Assembly (NCBI GenBank): GCA_021772435.1
Contig: JAJFLZ010000037.1
Span: forward strand, 47,673 to 111,672
Length of the DNA stretch: 64,000 bases
Reading direction: 5' to 3'
Source of the DNA: Chlamydiota bacterium
GTDB lineage: Bacteria > Chlamydiota > Chlamydiia > Chlamydiales > JACKPQ01
Shown one piece after another: positions 1 through 12,100 of the stretch. Within the stretch, counting starts at the first letter, position 1, and every line of letters starts with the position of its first letter. The notes beneath the pieces are model-generated. The model was not told the origin of the DNA, did no database searches, and saw nothing but the letters and a program-made list of their open reading frames with translations. A program made the translations under genes and the position numbers.

Positions 1-1191
<1,191 letters not shown>

Positions 1192-1195
1192 ATCT

Positions 1196-1879
1196 CTACC
1201 TGCCAGAATGGTCTGGTGTTAAAGTTTGCCAATACCATTTCTTGCCTTGACATTGTTCAGTATTCAATAAATAGGCTTTAAAACCTTTTTCTCTCATTTG
1301 CTTGTTTGAAATAGTCACAAAACAGCCATTAGATCTTTGAAATACGATGGAATTTCCTATGTCTGTATCAGGAGTCAAGTAGCCGTATTTATGAACGTAC
1401 ACGATTTGATTTTTCACATGCAAAAGTTCAACCCAGCTTATTTTTTTTATTTGGGCGTCATCTTGATTAAATTCTTTTCTTGTAATTTCTACCAGTTTTC
1501 CTTCGCCAGTTCTAATTGTAAGCTTGTTACTTACATCAACTAACAATCCCGCGTGTGCTTGTTTCGATTGTTGAATATGCAACGCATCACCCAAAGCGAG
1601 TGTAGAGACAAAATCTTCAAACGGATCATTAATATCAATTCCAACGGACCCGCTTGATACTGTCCTCTCACAAAGACAAAACTCTTCGCCTGAACTAGCT
1701 GTGCATTTAATTTGCTTTTCAGAAATTTGTTTTATCGTTTCGACGAGTGTTTTACGAGCACCTCGGTCTACTTGAATGGAACAGCCATCTTTAAAAGCAG
1801 ATAACAAATCCTCTAAACTTCGTCTTCTGGGATGGCAACTCAATACCATAATATGCTTACCTTTGGGTATTTCGGGCAA
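1196..1879 (-). CDS. Hypothetical protein (227 aa, TTG start uncertain)
   Basis: Long ORF filling the gap between eno and ahpC; no motif recognised. Confidence 0.6.
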   Translation of the reverse strand: MPEIPKGKHIMVLSCHPRRRSLEDLLSAFKDGCSIQVDRGARKTLVETIKQISEKQIKCTASSGEEFCLCERTVSSGSVGIDINDPFEDFVSTLALGDALHIQQSKQAHAGLLVDVSNKLTIRTGEGKLVEITRKEFNQDDAQIKKISWVELLHVKNQIVYVHKYGYLTPDTDIGNSIVFQRSNGCFVTISNKQMREKGFKAYLLNTEQCQGKKWYWQTLTPDHSGR

Positions 1880-1917
1880 AAATACTCAAAAAGATTGTTT
1901 AGTTGCAAGTGTATATT

Positions 1918-2505
1918 TTAGCTAAAGTAAGCAGCAAGGCCTTCTTGTGTAGGTTTCATCGAGGCTGCGCCTTGGGTCCAGTTTGCAGGACAAACTTCTC
2001 CATGCTCTTCGACAGAAATCCAAGCTTGCAAAAGACGCAGAACCTCATCAACCGAACGGCCGAGGGGCAAGTCATTGACCAGTTGGTGACGTACGACGCC
2101 TTGTTTATCGAGCAAAAATAGACCGCGAAAAGAAATCCCTTCTTCTTCATTAAGGACGTGATAATCTTTAGCGATGGTTTTATTGATATCAGAAACGATG
2201 GGGTAGTTAATGCCTTGAATGCCGCCTTTTGATTTAGGTGTATTTAGCCAAGCTAAGTGGCTAAAGTGACTGTCGATGGAGCACCCGATAACGGTTGCAT
2301 TTAAGCGTTCAAACTCAGCAAGCTTTTCTTGAAACGCATGGAGCTCAGTTGGGCACACAAATGTAAAATCGAGAGGATAGAAGAAAAAGACGACGTACTT
2401 CTTGCCTTCAAATTGCTCAAGCGAAAAATTTTCGATGATTTGATCACCGATAACTGCTTTTGCTGAAAATTTAGGAGCTTTTTTTCCAATCAATAAACTG
2501 TTCAT
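1918..2505 (-). CDS. ahpC: 2-Cys peroxiredoxin (AhpC/TSA)
   Basis: FYPLDFTFVCPTE and GEVCPANW motifs; GAGG SD upstream. Confidence 0.97.
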   Translation of the reverse strand: MNSLLIGKKAPKFSAKAVIGDQIIENFSLEQFEGKKYVVFFFYPLDFTFVCPTELHAFQEKLAEFERLNATVIGCSIDSHFSHLAWLNTPKSKGGIQGINYPIVSDINKTIAKDYHVLNEEEGISFRGLFLLDKQGVVRHQLVNDLPLGRSVDEVLRLLQAWISVEEHGEVCPANWTQGAASMKPTQEGLAAYFS

Positions 2506-2516
2506 ATTATCCTCTT

Positions 2517-3137
2517 TTAACTAAAAATTTCTTGTGCTCGGGTTAGCCAATCTTCAACGCCGATGGTTGTCTCTGGCCCATGTCCGGGGTACACTTTTGT
2601 ATTGGGCCTAAGTTTAGCTAACTTTTCCAATGATTGCCACATCGCATCTGGATCAGCTGTGGGAAATGAGAGGTTGCCAATCGATCCTTTAAAAAGCGTA
2701 TCGCCTGAAATTAAGATGTTTTCTTCTTTTATGTAAAAACAAACGCCTCCTGGCGTGTGGCCGGGCGTGTGGATAACTTCCATCACGTGTCCATTAAAAT
2801 TTATTCTTTGTCTGTCGGTTAAAAAACCATCCGCTTTTGCGCCTTGAATGGGGAACATGAGCGGCAGACCATCACTGCCAGGATCTTCCAAATTTTTACT
2901 ATCGAGTGTGTGGACATACACAGGAGCGTTAAGTTTTTCTTTCAAAAGCGCCACATCACCAATATGATCCCAGTGGGAATGCGTCAGGTAAATGCCTTGA
3001 ACGTGCAGGTCTTTTACTGTGTCTAATATCCACTCAGCACTTTCCGGGGCCGGATCGAAAATGAGGGCTTGTTTCTCATGAATGATCACATAGGCGTTGG
3101 TAGCAAATGGACCTGAGGATTGTTTTTGAAGATACAT
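2517..3137 (-). CDS. MBL-fold metallo-hydrolase (glyoxalase II/YcbL-like)
   Basis: THSHWDHIG (HxHxDH), HTPGHTPG, SGDTLF, PGHG motifs. Confidence 0.93.
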   Translation of the reverse strand: MYLQKQSSGPFATNAYVIIHEKQALIFDPAPESAEWILDTVKDLHVQGIYLTHSHWDHIGDVALLKEKLNAPVYVHTLDSKNLEDPGSDGLPLMFPIQGAKADGFLTDRQRINFNGHVMEVIHTPGHTPGGVCFYIKEENILISGDTLFKGSIGNLSFPTADPDAMWQSLEKLAKLRPNTKVYPGHGPETTIGVEDWLTRAQEIFS

Positions 3138-3211
3138 TGCACCGGAGAGGACTTGAACCTCTAACCTCCTGGTTCGTAGCCAGGTACTCTATCCAGTTGA
3201 GCTACCGGTGC
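3138..3211 (-). tRNA. tRNA-Arg(ACG), CCA not encoded
   Basis: Reverse complement GCACCGG-TAGCTCAACTGGATAGAGTA-CCTGG CTACGAA CCAGG-AGGTT-AGAGG TTCAAGT CCTCT-CCGGTGC-A folds as a cloverleaf with anticodon ACG. Confidence 0.97.
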
Positions 3212-3291
3212 ATAGGTTATGATGATTATCTTCTATTTTGGTTTTTTTCGCAAGCTTCAAAATAATGATAGATATGTGTAATTATCGGGAT

Positions 3292-4635
3292 ATGAGTATT
3301 GTCATTATTGGCGCTGGATCCATCGGCACCCACTTAGCCTCTGTACTGGCAAAAGAGGGTAAAAGTGTTATCCTTATAGATGAAGACGGATCTAAATTAG
3401 AGCGGTTTGCAAGATCTGCTGATGTAGCCACCATTTGTGGATGCGGTACAGACTGGCAAATTTTAGAAGAAATTGCTCAGCAAAATCCATCTCTTTTTTG
3501 CGCTTTAACAAGCCGCGATGAAACAAATTTAGCATCTTGTGCCATTGCTAAACATTTAGGCTTTCCCACAACACTCGCCAGAATTTCCAAACCCTTTTTG
3601 CTCGATCACGCGCGTGTCGATTTTGGCAGGCTTTTTTACATCGATCATTTCATCGCGCCAGATCTCATCGTCGCAAGAGACTTGTATAAACACATCACTA
3701 CTCCGGGATCGATTGCCGCAGAAAACTTTGCGCAAGGAGCGGTTCAAATGTTCACGCTACGCATTCCAGAAAAATGGAGTGGTGGTGATAAGCCTATTTC
3801 AGCATTCAATTTTGGAGAGAATATCCTCATTGGTCTAATTAGAAGACATGAGGGAGATCAAGTGATTTTCCCGCACGGCCATGATCAGCTCAAACCTTGT
3901 GACGAAGTCACATTTATCGGTAGCAGCGAGTCTACAGAAAAAATTCCCGATATGTTCGGTGTGGAAAAAAAGATTGTTAAGTCCGTTGCTATTGCAGGCG
4001 GATCGATGACAGCGCAGCATTTAAGTTCTATTTTACATGGTCATCATATCGATGTGACCATCATTGATGGTGATGAAAATACATGTAAGCATCTAGCAGA
4101 AACACTGCCTTACGCCACGATTTTACATCATAGCTCCACTGATGTTGACTTTTTAGTTGCAGAAAAAATCAATCAAATCGATGTATTCGTCGCAGCATCA
4201 GATTCGACTGATCGTAATATTTTAGCAGCGACAATCGCCCAAGAAGCTGGCTGCTCTGAGGTGATCACAGTCGTCTCTGACACAAGCTATTCACATCTTT
4301 TACGTCGCCTTGGCATTCACTATAGCGTCTCAGATAAGTTGTGTGTATCGAATCGTATTGTGCCTATCGTACATACCGAAGCTGTAACATCAATGACCTC
4401 TCTTTGCGATAACCGTGCTAAAATCGTCGAGCTGAAAGTTTCCCAAGAGACTAAAGTTTCTGGCATGCCCATTAGTGAGCTTGCGCCACTGCTTCCGCAA
4501 AACTGCTTAATTGCGTTGATTGAGAACCGCGGACAGATAGCCATTGCAAAGGGAAGCAGCGTTATTTCCCCGGGTGATACTGTGATTGTCATCACAGCTC
4601 CTGAACACGTAACCGAGCTCCAAAAGCTTTTTTAG
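3292..4635 (+). CDS. trkA: Trk potassium uptake NAD-binding subunit TrkA
   Basis: Two RCK_N/RCK_C repeats, IIGAGSIG and IAGGS Rossmann motifs; start placed at MSIVIIG. Confidence 0.95.
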   Translation: MSIVIIGAGSIGTHLASVLAKEGKSVILIDEDGSKLERFARSADVATICGCGTDWQILEEIAQQNPSLFCALTSRDETNLASCAIAKHLGFPTTLARISKPFLLDHARVDFGRLFYIDHFIAPDLIVARDLYKHITTPGSIAAENFAQGAVQMFTLRIPEKWSGGDKPISAFNFGENILIGLIRRHEGDQVIFPHGHDQLKPCDEVTFIGSSESTEKIPDMFGVEKKIVKSVAIAGGSMTAQHLSSILHGHHIDVTIIDGDENTCKHLAETLPYATILHHSSTDVDFLVAEKINQIDVFVAASDSTDRNILAATIAQEAGCSEVITVVSDTSYSHLLRRLGIHYSVSDKLCVSNRIVPIVHTEAVTSMTSLCDNRAKIVELKVSQETKVSGMPISELAPLLPQNCLIALIENRGQIAIAKGSSVISPGDTVIVITAPEHVTELQKLF

Positions 4636-4643
4636 AGGAATCG

Positions 4644-6299
4644 ATGTACACTCGCGCCATATGCCGCATTCTCGGTTTCTATCTCGGTCTCTTTTCCTTA
4701 ATTTTGCTCATCCCCCTATGTGTCTCTATCTACTTTCAATTTTTTGTTGATCCTGTGACCCACCCGCAGCCTCACTCTACAATGGCCTTCGTGTATTCGA
4801 TCCTTGTCACACTAGGCTTTGCTCTTATTTTTCATTTAATAGGTAGAAAAACAAAACAGCAGCTTTACAAGCGAGAAAGCATTTTGCTTGTCATGATCAT
4901 TTGGATGATCACGACCGCATTAGGCGCTTTGCCGTTTATGTTTTCACAAACTTTAACCAACCCAATCGATGCTGTTTTTGAAACCATGTCGGGTCTAACA
5001 ACAACCGGCTCATCGATCATCTATCCCAAGCAATACAATCCTCAGACCGGAAAGGAAGTTCCCATTACCCTAACTCTTCCCAAGCTGACTATGCGAACGT
5101 ATGAATTTTTTGGCACAGTCACCCCTGTGCGAAACCCTGTAACCGGCAAAATTATTTTAGAGGGTTTTGAGGCTGTCGGGCGCGGTATTTTATTTTGGCG
5201 CAGTTTTTTACAATGGATAGGAGGCTTGGGAATAATCTTCCTCTTCATTGCCATTTTTCCCCTACTTTTGATTGGGGGGAAATTTATGGCAGAAGCTGAA
5301 ATGCCAGGACCCTACCAAGGATCCTATAGTTCAACGCTTGTTCCCAGGTTAAGAGAAACGATGGGGCTTCTTTGGAAGATATATCTTGGCTTTACATTGC
5401 TTCAAATCTTACTGCTTCTCGGCACAAATCCCAAACTCCCTGTCTTTGATGCGATTACGTTATCTTTATCATCGATTTCTACTGGCGGGTTTTCGATTCA
5501 CAGCTCCAGTTTAGCTTATTACAACAATCCGTGGACAGAATCGATTGTCATGATCTTTATGGTGCTAGGAGCAATCAACTTTGCACTCTATTTTTATTTG
5601 CTGCGGGGTAAAATTTATAAATTCTATGAGCCTGAATTTTTCTTCTTTATCGGAACAATCATTGCCGGAATCGCTCTTGTCTCATGGGATATCTGGGATA
5701 TCAATCTCCCATTTGCAAACTACTTTCCCAATTACGATTTTACTCAATCGATTCGTTATGGCTCATTTCAAGCCATCTCTGCATTAACCTGCACAGGATT
5801 TAGTTCTGTGAATTACGACTATTGGCCCTTTGGGGCTCAAGCTGCTATGCTCATCTTGATGTATATCGGCGGAATGTCGGGATCGACAACAGGGGGGTTA
5901 AAATCAGCTAGACATTTGATTTTGTTCCGCTCAGCTAGACATAAGATCGAGTCATTATTTAGACCTGATGCGGTGCGCTGTCTAAAAATCGGCGATCGCG
6001 AAGTTTTGCAAAAAACGAGTCTTACTGCATTCATTATGTTTTGGATTGTTATTTGCTTTTCTGCTCTTGGCATCGTTTTGCTCCTTTTAAACGGGATTGG
6101 CTTTGAAACAGCACTTGGCCTTGTCGGCTGTAGCATCAATAATGTCGGGCTTTCCTTTCGCTTCGCGGGTCCTGCAGGCACCTGCGCTTTTTTGCCAATT
6201 TTTTCCAAAATCATTTTAATCTTTTGGATGCTGATGGGTAGAGTCGAGTACTTTGCTCTTCTGATTATTTTAACCCCTGCTTTTTGGCGCTCTCGTTAA
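4644..6299 (+). CDS. trkH: Trk potassium uptake membrane subunit TrkH
   Basis: Pore motifs SGLTTTG, ISTGGFS, TCTGF, INNVG; GGMSGSTTGGLK; follows trkA. Confidence 0.95.
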   Translation: MYTRAICRILGFYLGLFSLILLIPLCVSIYFQFFVDPVTHPQPHSTMAFVYSILVTLGFALIFHLIGRKTKQQLYKRESILLVMIIWMITTALGALPFMFSQTLTNPIDAVFETMSGLTTTGSSIIYPKQYNPQTGKEVPITLTLPKLTMRTYEFFGTVTPVRNPVTGKIILEGFEAVGRGILFWRSFLQWIGGLGIIFLFIAIFPLLLIGGKFMAEAEMPGPYQGSYSSTLVPRLRETMGLLWKIYLGFTLLQILLLLGTNPKLPVFDAITLSLSSISTGGFSIHSSSLAYYNNPWTESIVMIFMVLGAINFALYFYLLRGKIYKFYEPEFFFFIGTIIAGIALVSWDIWDINLPFANYFPNYDFTQSIRYGSFQAISALTCTGFSSVNYDYWPFGAQAAMLILMYIGGMSGSTTGGLKSARHLILFRSARHKIESLFRPDAVRCLKIGDREVLQKTSLTAFIMFWIVICFSALGIVLLLLNGIGFETALGLVGCSINNVGLSFRFAGPAGTCAFLPIFSKIILIFWMLMGRVEYFALLIILTPAFWRSR

Positions 6300-7039
6300 T
6301 GCATTACCAATTTTCTATTCCTGATACAACGCTTGTCGAGGACGCTTTAAGCGAGCTTGAAACTCTGGGTTTACATAGCCTCTATACGATAGAAGAAGAA
6401 ACAATTACCATCGGCGGTCTTGGAACGCTGCGCTGTCTGCCCAAGCTTAGTCAGCTAAAATATGAAGAGTCCGAAACGATTGATTGGCATTCTCAGTGGC
6501 AAAGTTTTGCACCCAATTTCGATGGACAGCATGCTCATTTTAAAGTCGGTAATCAGACAGTTAAACTGCTTCCCGGACCAGGATTTGGAGACCTTTCTCA
6601 TCCAACTACGCAACTAATGGCAATTGCCATGCAAGAAATCTCTCTTGGCGACACCATTTTAGATATCGGCTCAGGCAGTGGTGTTTTAGACTGCATCGCT
6701 CTTCATTGTAATGTAAAGCGGTTTTACATTGTCGACATCGATCCCCAAGCACTGACGCATTCCAAGCAAAATATGCAGCTAAACGCCCCCAATATAAACC
6801 CAATCTACTCACAAACAATCGATCCAACTTGGACCGATATCGACACAATTTTGATGAACATGATCTTGCCCGACCAAGAATCTGTCTTCGCATCTTATCC
6901 TTTCCTAAAAAATTTTAAAGGCACCTTTTTGTGCTCTGGTCTATTGTCTCATCAAGTCGATCACTACCAACCTCACGCTACAATCTACCAAACATGGGAA
7001 AAAGACGGTTGGCTTGCCATTCAATTTTCTTTTAGTTAG
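6299..7039 (+). CDS. prmA: Ribosomal protein L11 methyltransferase-like SAM methyltransferase
   Basis: PGPGFGDLSHPTT, LDIGSGSGVL, DIDPQA motifs; TAATG coupling to trkH. Confidence 0.85.
   Translation: MHYQFSIPDTTLVEDALSELETLGLHSLYTIEEETITIGGLGTLRCLPKLSQLKYEESETIDWHSQWQSFAPNFDGQHAHFKVGNQTVKLLPGPGFGDLSHPTTQLMAIAMQEISLGDTILDIGSGSGVLDCIALHCNVKRFYIVDIDPQALTHSKQNMQLNAPNINPIYSQTIDPTWTDIDTILMNMILPDQESVFASYPFLKNFKGTFLCSGLLSHQVDHYQPHATIYQTWEKDGWLAIQFSFS
6711..6729 (+). repeat. 19-bp palindromic repeat ATGTAAAGCGGTTTTACAT, copy 1 (inside prmA)
   Basis: Exact match to copies at 48784, 52518 and 61250. Confidence 0.9.
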
Positions 7040-7048
7040 AATTTGCAC

Positions 7049-7885
7049 ATGTTTTTTTTAGGATTGATCGCTGTTGTAAGTTCTCTTTTTGTAATCACAA
7101 ATGAAGATCTAGCACGCAAACAAGACGAAATAAACCAAAAGGGCTATGCATACAGAACAGGTCCGATTCGTATCTATGATGAATCGCTAACTGAAGTACC
7201 GAAACTGCATATCCTGCCCATTAACACGTCTGCTGAAGACAAAAGCGTTTGTATCGTAACTTACTCTTCTTTAAACCCTCCCTACAATCACTTGCCGAGC
7301 CTGCTTTTCAAAACGCTGCAAACTCGATTTAAAGGACATTTGCTTTACCAAAAAGGCGGGTGGCCAAACGCTCATGCTGGTTGCTTGAGGCATGCACTTG
7401 CCGGCTACGGGTTTAAAGTATGCGCTATTCAAGAAGCATTTGATTTGGGTTACAAGAAAGTTTTGTGGCTTGACTCAATCATTGAAGTTAACAAGGATTT
7501 AGCCCCTCTATTTCGGTTTTTAGATACCCATCCATGCTTGTATCGTTATAGTGGATTCCCCTTCAAAAATTATGTGAACAATGCTTTGACCAATGAATTT
7601 AAACTGTCGAATACCCAAGTTGGACGTTATCGTCATATTGCATCTGGTGTTTTAGGCTTCAATTTTAATTACCCTGACTGCCATAAAGCTCTAAAAATCT
7701 GGCATGATACAACAGATAAAAAATTAGATTGGCCCAAAAATTTTCCAGAGCAGCTATTAATTTCAATTATTTTTTCAAAACTTGGTCTGGATAAGTGTGC
7801 CTATGGCCCAAAATTGTTGAAAATTCACAATCACGATCCTAAAGACTGTATTTTACAGCTGCGCTCGAAAAGAAAAATTGATTAG
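7049..7885 (+). CDS. Membrane-anchored/secreted GT-A-like protein (DUF1647-like)
   Basis: N-terminal hydrophobic segment; YGFKVCAIQEA...VLWLDS and EQLLISI resemble nucleotide-diphospho-sugar transferase motifs. Confidence 0.5.
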   Translation: MFFLGLIAVVSSLFVITNEDLARKQDEINQKGYAYRTGPIRIYDESLTEVPKLHILPINTSAEDKSVCIVTYSSLNPPYNHLPSLLFKTLQTRFKGHLLYQKGGWPNAHAGCLRHALAGYGFKVCAIQEAFDLGYKKVLWLDSIIEVNKDLAPLFRFLDTHPCLYRYSGFPFKNYVNNALTNEFKLSNTQVGRYRHIASGVLGFNFNYPDCHKALKIWHDTTDKKLDWPKNFPEQLLISIIFSKLGLDKCAYGPKLLKIHNHDPKDCILQLRSKRKID

Positions 7886-9102
7886 TCATAGGATTTAAAC
7901 AGGTATTGTTTACGTTTTGTCTCAAATTCTTTGCGCTTTTGCTCATCGAAATTCATACATTTCCAGGCAGGAAAACGCTCTTTTTGCAACAACTCTAGAA
8001 TCTCGGTATTGCCGTTGACTTTACAGAAGAGTTCCTTTCTCAAGGAGGGGAGCGCAGAGAGTTTTTGGTCAAAGATTTTTGGATAAAGCGTTTTGAGCAT
8101 GCCGATGATCATGTACTGCGTTTTGAGAGGCTCAAATGTATCTAAATCGATGATATCAATGAGGACTCCCTGGCAGTCTTCTGCTTTGTAAAGCCCGTAA
8201 AATGGCCGAAAGTAAAATGGTATAAAGCGCACGCCTGCAAGCTTTTGCTCAGTGAGGGTTTTTGCAAATTTTTCAGCTTCTATCCACGGGGCTCCAACAA
8301 TTTTGAATGGAAGCGTATACCCAATCCCTATATTGACAATGCCAAGCTCCCCCAAAACTCCTGTTGTAGCGCAAAATAGGGGCGTTGTGCTCTCAGGCAT
8401 ATTAGGACTTGTCGGGATCCAACTTAAATGCGTATCTACAAAGCGCATAGAGCGCCTCCATCCTTGCATGGTTACAACTTTTAAATCGCACTTGATCATG
8501 TATTCTTTATTGTAAAATGTAGCTAGCTCACCAATTGTCATTCCATGACAATAAGGCACATTCAAATGGCCTATAAAAGAGCGCATTTTCGGATCTAGCA
8601 TGGGGCCATCGACAAGTTTTCCACCCAGTGGATTTGGTCTATCCAAAACGATCACAGGAACATTTTGCGCAGAGGCAGCTTCCATCACATAATATAAAGT
8701 CGAAGCATAGGTATATGATCGCAATCCAATGTCTTGAATGTCGTAAATGATCACGTCAATGCCTTGAAACATCTCTTTTTTAGGACGACGTATGTCCCCG
8801 TGCAGAGAAACGATGGGAATTTTATTCTTAAATTGTGAATTTTTTACATTCTCATTGGCGTAGGCGCTACCTGTAAAGCCGTGTTCAGGAGTCCAAATCG
8901 CTGCCAAAATAAACGGAGCATCTAAAAAACGCTCCGCTGTTAATTGCATTTGTCTGTCAATAGCGGTATGATTGGTCACAAGAGCAACTTTTTTGCCTTT
9001 GAGAAGATGAGCATGCCCATCATGAAAGAAGCAATCGACACCGAGGGTGACTTCACCAAAGAGGAAAAAAGGAAGCAACCATGCAAAAATTTTAACAGCC
9101 AT
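7882..9102 (-). CDS. namZ: Exo-beta-N-acetylmuramidase NamZ family (DUF1343/YbbC)
   Basis: LVTNHT, PEHGF, YDIQDIGLRSYTY, VLDRPNPLGG, HGMTIGELA, WIPTSPN; start uncertain. Confidence 0.92.
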   Translation of the reverse strand: MAVKIFAWLLPFFLFGEVTLGVDCFFHDGHAHLLKGKKVALVTNHTAIDRQMQLTAERFLDAPFILAAIWTPEHGFTGSAYANENVKNSQFKNKIPIVSLHGDIRRPKKEMFQGIDVIIYDIQDIGLRSYTYASTLYYVMEAASAQNVPVIVLDRPNPLGGKLVDGPMLDPKMRSFIGHLNVPYCHGMTIGELATFYNKEYMIKCDLKVVTMQGWRRSMRFVDTHLSWIPTSPNMPESTTPLFCATTGVLGELGIVNIGIGYTLPFKIVGAPWIEAEKFAKTLTEQKLAGVRFIPFYFRPFYGLYKAEDCQGVLIDIIDLDTFEPLKTQYMIIGMLKTLYPKIFDQKLSALPSLRKELFCKVNGNTEILELLQKERFPAWKCMNFDEQKRKEFETKRKQYLFKSYD

Positions 9103-9140
9103 AAGTATAGTTATCGCTAAAAAGCGAGAAAAAAACAATC

Positions 9141-12100
9141 ATGACAGAGAAAGATTCCCCACATTTAGAAGAAGCCAAGGCACTACTCTCTTCTGTTGCA
9201 AAGACTGACCTAACTCCAAATCGACGCAAAAAAGAAGCCTTAAATTTAGCTCTTTTTATGCTAAGGGAAGCTCTGCGACTCCAAACTAGGAGCGAAACCA
9301 AGCGTCAAGCAGAGCTTTATCAAATGATGCATGACCAACGTGGAAAAGCTTTTACTTCAGCTTTTACTGATCGTTGCTTCAGATCGAATGATTCGGCAAA
9401 AATTGCCGAGCAAATTTGCTATTTGATCGATACGTATGGGTTGCCTCGCTATTTATCACCCATCAAAAAACTTAAATTATTTGCTTTTCGCATGCTGGGG
9501 CCTTCATTCCCTCGTCTATTTGTCGCGCTAGCTAGGCGTGCCCTTAGAAAAGATACAGAAAATGTGATTGTCTCCGGAGACCACGAGGCTCTTAATCGCC
9601 ACTTAGCCAAACGCAAAAGTCAAAACATCCGGATGAATATTAATCATCTAGGTGAAGCCATTTTAGGAGAGCAAGAAGCTCAGCGCAGGTTAAATCTTTA
9701 TCTACACGACTTAAGCGAGCCATCAATTGAGTATATTTCAATCAAGATCACCACAATTTACTCCCAAATTAATCACCTAGCTTGGGAAGATACGCTTGAA
9801 AGACTCAGTATACGTTTGCGTCAGCTCTATTATACGGCTATGCAACACACCTATACCCACCTCGATGGAACAACTTCTCCAAAATTCGTCAATTTAGATA
9901 TGGAAGAGTATCGGGATCTACACCTGACTGTCGCAGTCTTTAAAAAAGTTCTCGATGAACCTGAATTTTTATCTTATTCTGCTGGCATTGTCCTTCAAGC
10001 GTATTTACCCGATTCCTACAACAAGCTTAAAGAGCTTATTGAATGGTCAAAAGAGCGCATCGCAAGAGGAGGAGCTCCTGTTAAGGTACGCATCGTCAAA
10101 GGTGCAAATATCGCCATGGAGGATGTAGAAAGCTCGATTTCTGGATGGGAAAGAGCTCCCTATCATAACAAAGTAGAGACCGACGCTAATTTTAAAAAAA
10201 TGCTCGACCTGTCCTGCCTTCCTGAACATGCCACTGCGGTGAATATCGGGATTGCCAGCCACAATCTTTTCGATATTGCTTATGCTTTCATTTTGCGTGC
10301 AGAGCGCAATGTTGAAGACTACGTCTCCTTTGAGATGCTAGAAGGTATGTGTGACCATATTCGACAAGTTGTTCAAAACATCAGCGGATCGATTTTACTT
10401 TATTGCCCAACCGCAACTACAGCTGATTTTCAAAATGCCATCGCTTACCTATTTCGTCGACTCGATGAAAATACGGGCCCTGATAATTTTTTGCGCTATA
10501 GTTTTGGTCTTAAGCCTGGCTCTGATGAATGGGATATCCAAGCCACGATGTTTGCTGAAAGCTGTAAAGAGGTCGAAACTGTTTCTACTGCTCCTCGCCG
10601 TCTTCAAAATCGTTTCGATCCACCAGTGATGCCTGAAAAAGGCTCAGCTTTTGAAAATGACCCCGATACAGATTTTTGTTTGCCTCACAATCGCCAATGG
10701 GCTGAGGCGATTATCGAGAGTTGGAAAAATAAAACAATCGATCCATTGCCACTTGTCATCGGTGGCCAAGACATTCACCACGCTCCCCATGATGGAGAAG
10801 GTTATGACAAATCTGACCCTTCAACTCCAGCTTACAGCTATTCTCTGGCCACCTCTTCTGAAATCGACCAAGCTCTCATCGTTGCAAAAGGGCATGAATC
10901 CTATTGGGCTAATTTACCGTCTCTAGAGAAGTGCGGACTTTTTCATAAATTGGCGCAAGTGCTACGAGAAAAAAGAGCTGATCTCATCGGCTCCATGATC
11001 CTCGATGGGGGAAAATCTATTATAGAAGCAGATGGCGAAGTGTCAGAGGCTATCGATTTTGCTGAGTATTATGCCAAATCTATGCAAAAACTTGCTCTTA
11101 CACCTGACCTAGAATGGTCACCCAAAGGCACATATTTAGTAGCCACACCTTGGAATTTCCCTATAGCAATTCCTGCAGGAGGCATCATTGCAGCCCTTAT
11201 TACTGGCAATTGCGTGCTCTTTAAGCCTGCAAAAGAAACAGCTCTCTGCGGCCATTTGCTAGCTCAATGCTTCTGGGAAGCTGGCATTCCTAAAACCGTT
11301 TTACAGTTTTTGCTTCTCCAAAATGAGCCAGAAGGTACAAACCTTATTTCTGACAAACGTCTAACAGGTGCTATCCTCACGGGCTCAACTAAAGCAGCCC
11401 AACATTTCTTAACCATCAGACCTGATCTAGATTTAGCCGCAGAAACAGGCGGTAAAAATGCCCTGATTATCACTGCTATGGCCGATAAGGACCAGGCCAT
11501 CTCAGACCTTATCCACTCAGCATTTGGACACAACGGGCAAAAGTGCAGCGCGGCAAGTTTAGCCATTTGTGAAAAAGAAATTTATCATGACGCGTCGTTT
11601 CGAAGACAACTACGCGATGCAGCAGCATCCATGCCTGTTGGCTCTGCATGGGACTTATCCAGTCGAATAACCCCCCTTATCCGCCCACCAAATAAAGACC
11701 TGCTGCGCGGCTTCACAACACTCGAGCCTGGTGAAGAATGGTTGTTAGAACCTAAGCAAGATTCACAAAATCCTCATCTTTGGTCTCCAGGCATTAAGCT
11801 CGGAGTTAAAAAAGGCAGCTTTACACACCAAACAGAACTTTTTGGTCCAGTGCTGGGTATCATGTGTGCAAACAATCTCGATCATGCCATTAAGCTATCT
11901 AATGGCACACGCTACGGCTTAACAGCGGGCATACATAGCTTGGATGAGCGCGAGCAGCAGAAATGGCAAAAATCAGTCGTGGCAGGCAATCTCTACATCA
12001 ACCGCACCATAACTGGTGCTATAGTCCGCCGCCAACCTTTTGGTGGAACTAAGCAAAGCTCATTTGGTTTTGGGGCAAAAGCCGGGGGCAGCAATTATCT

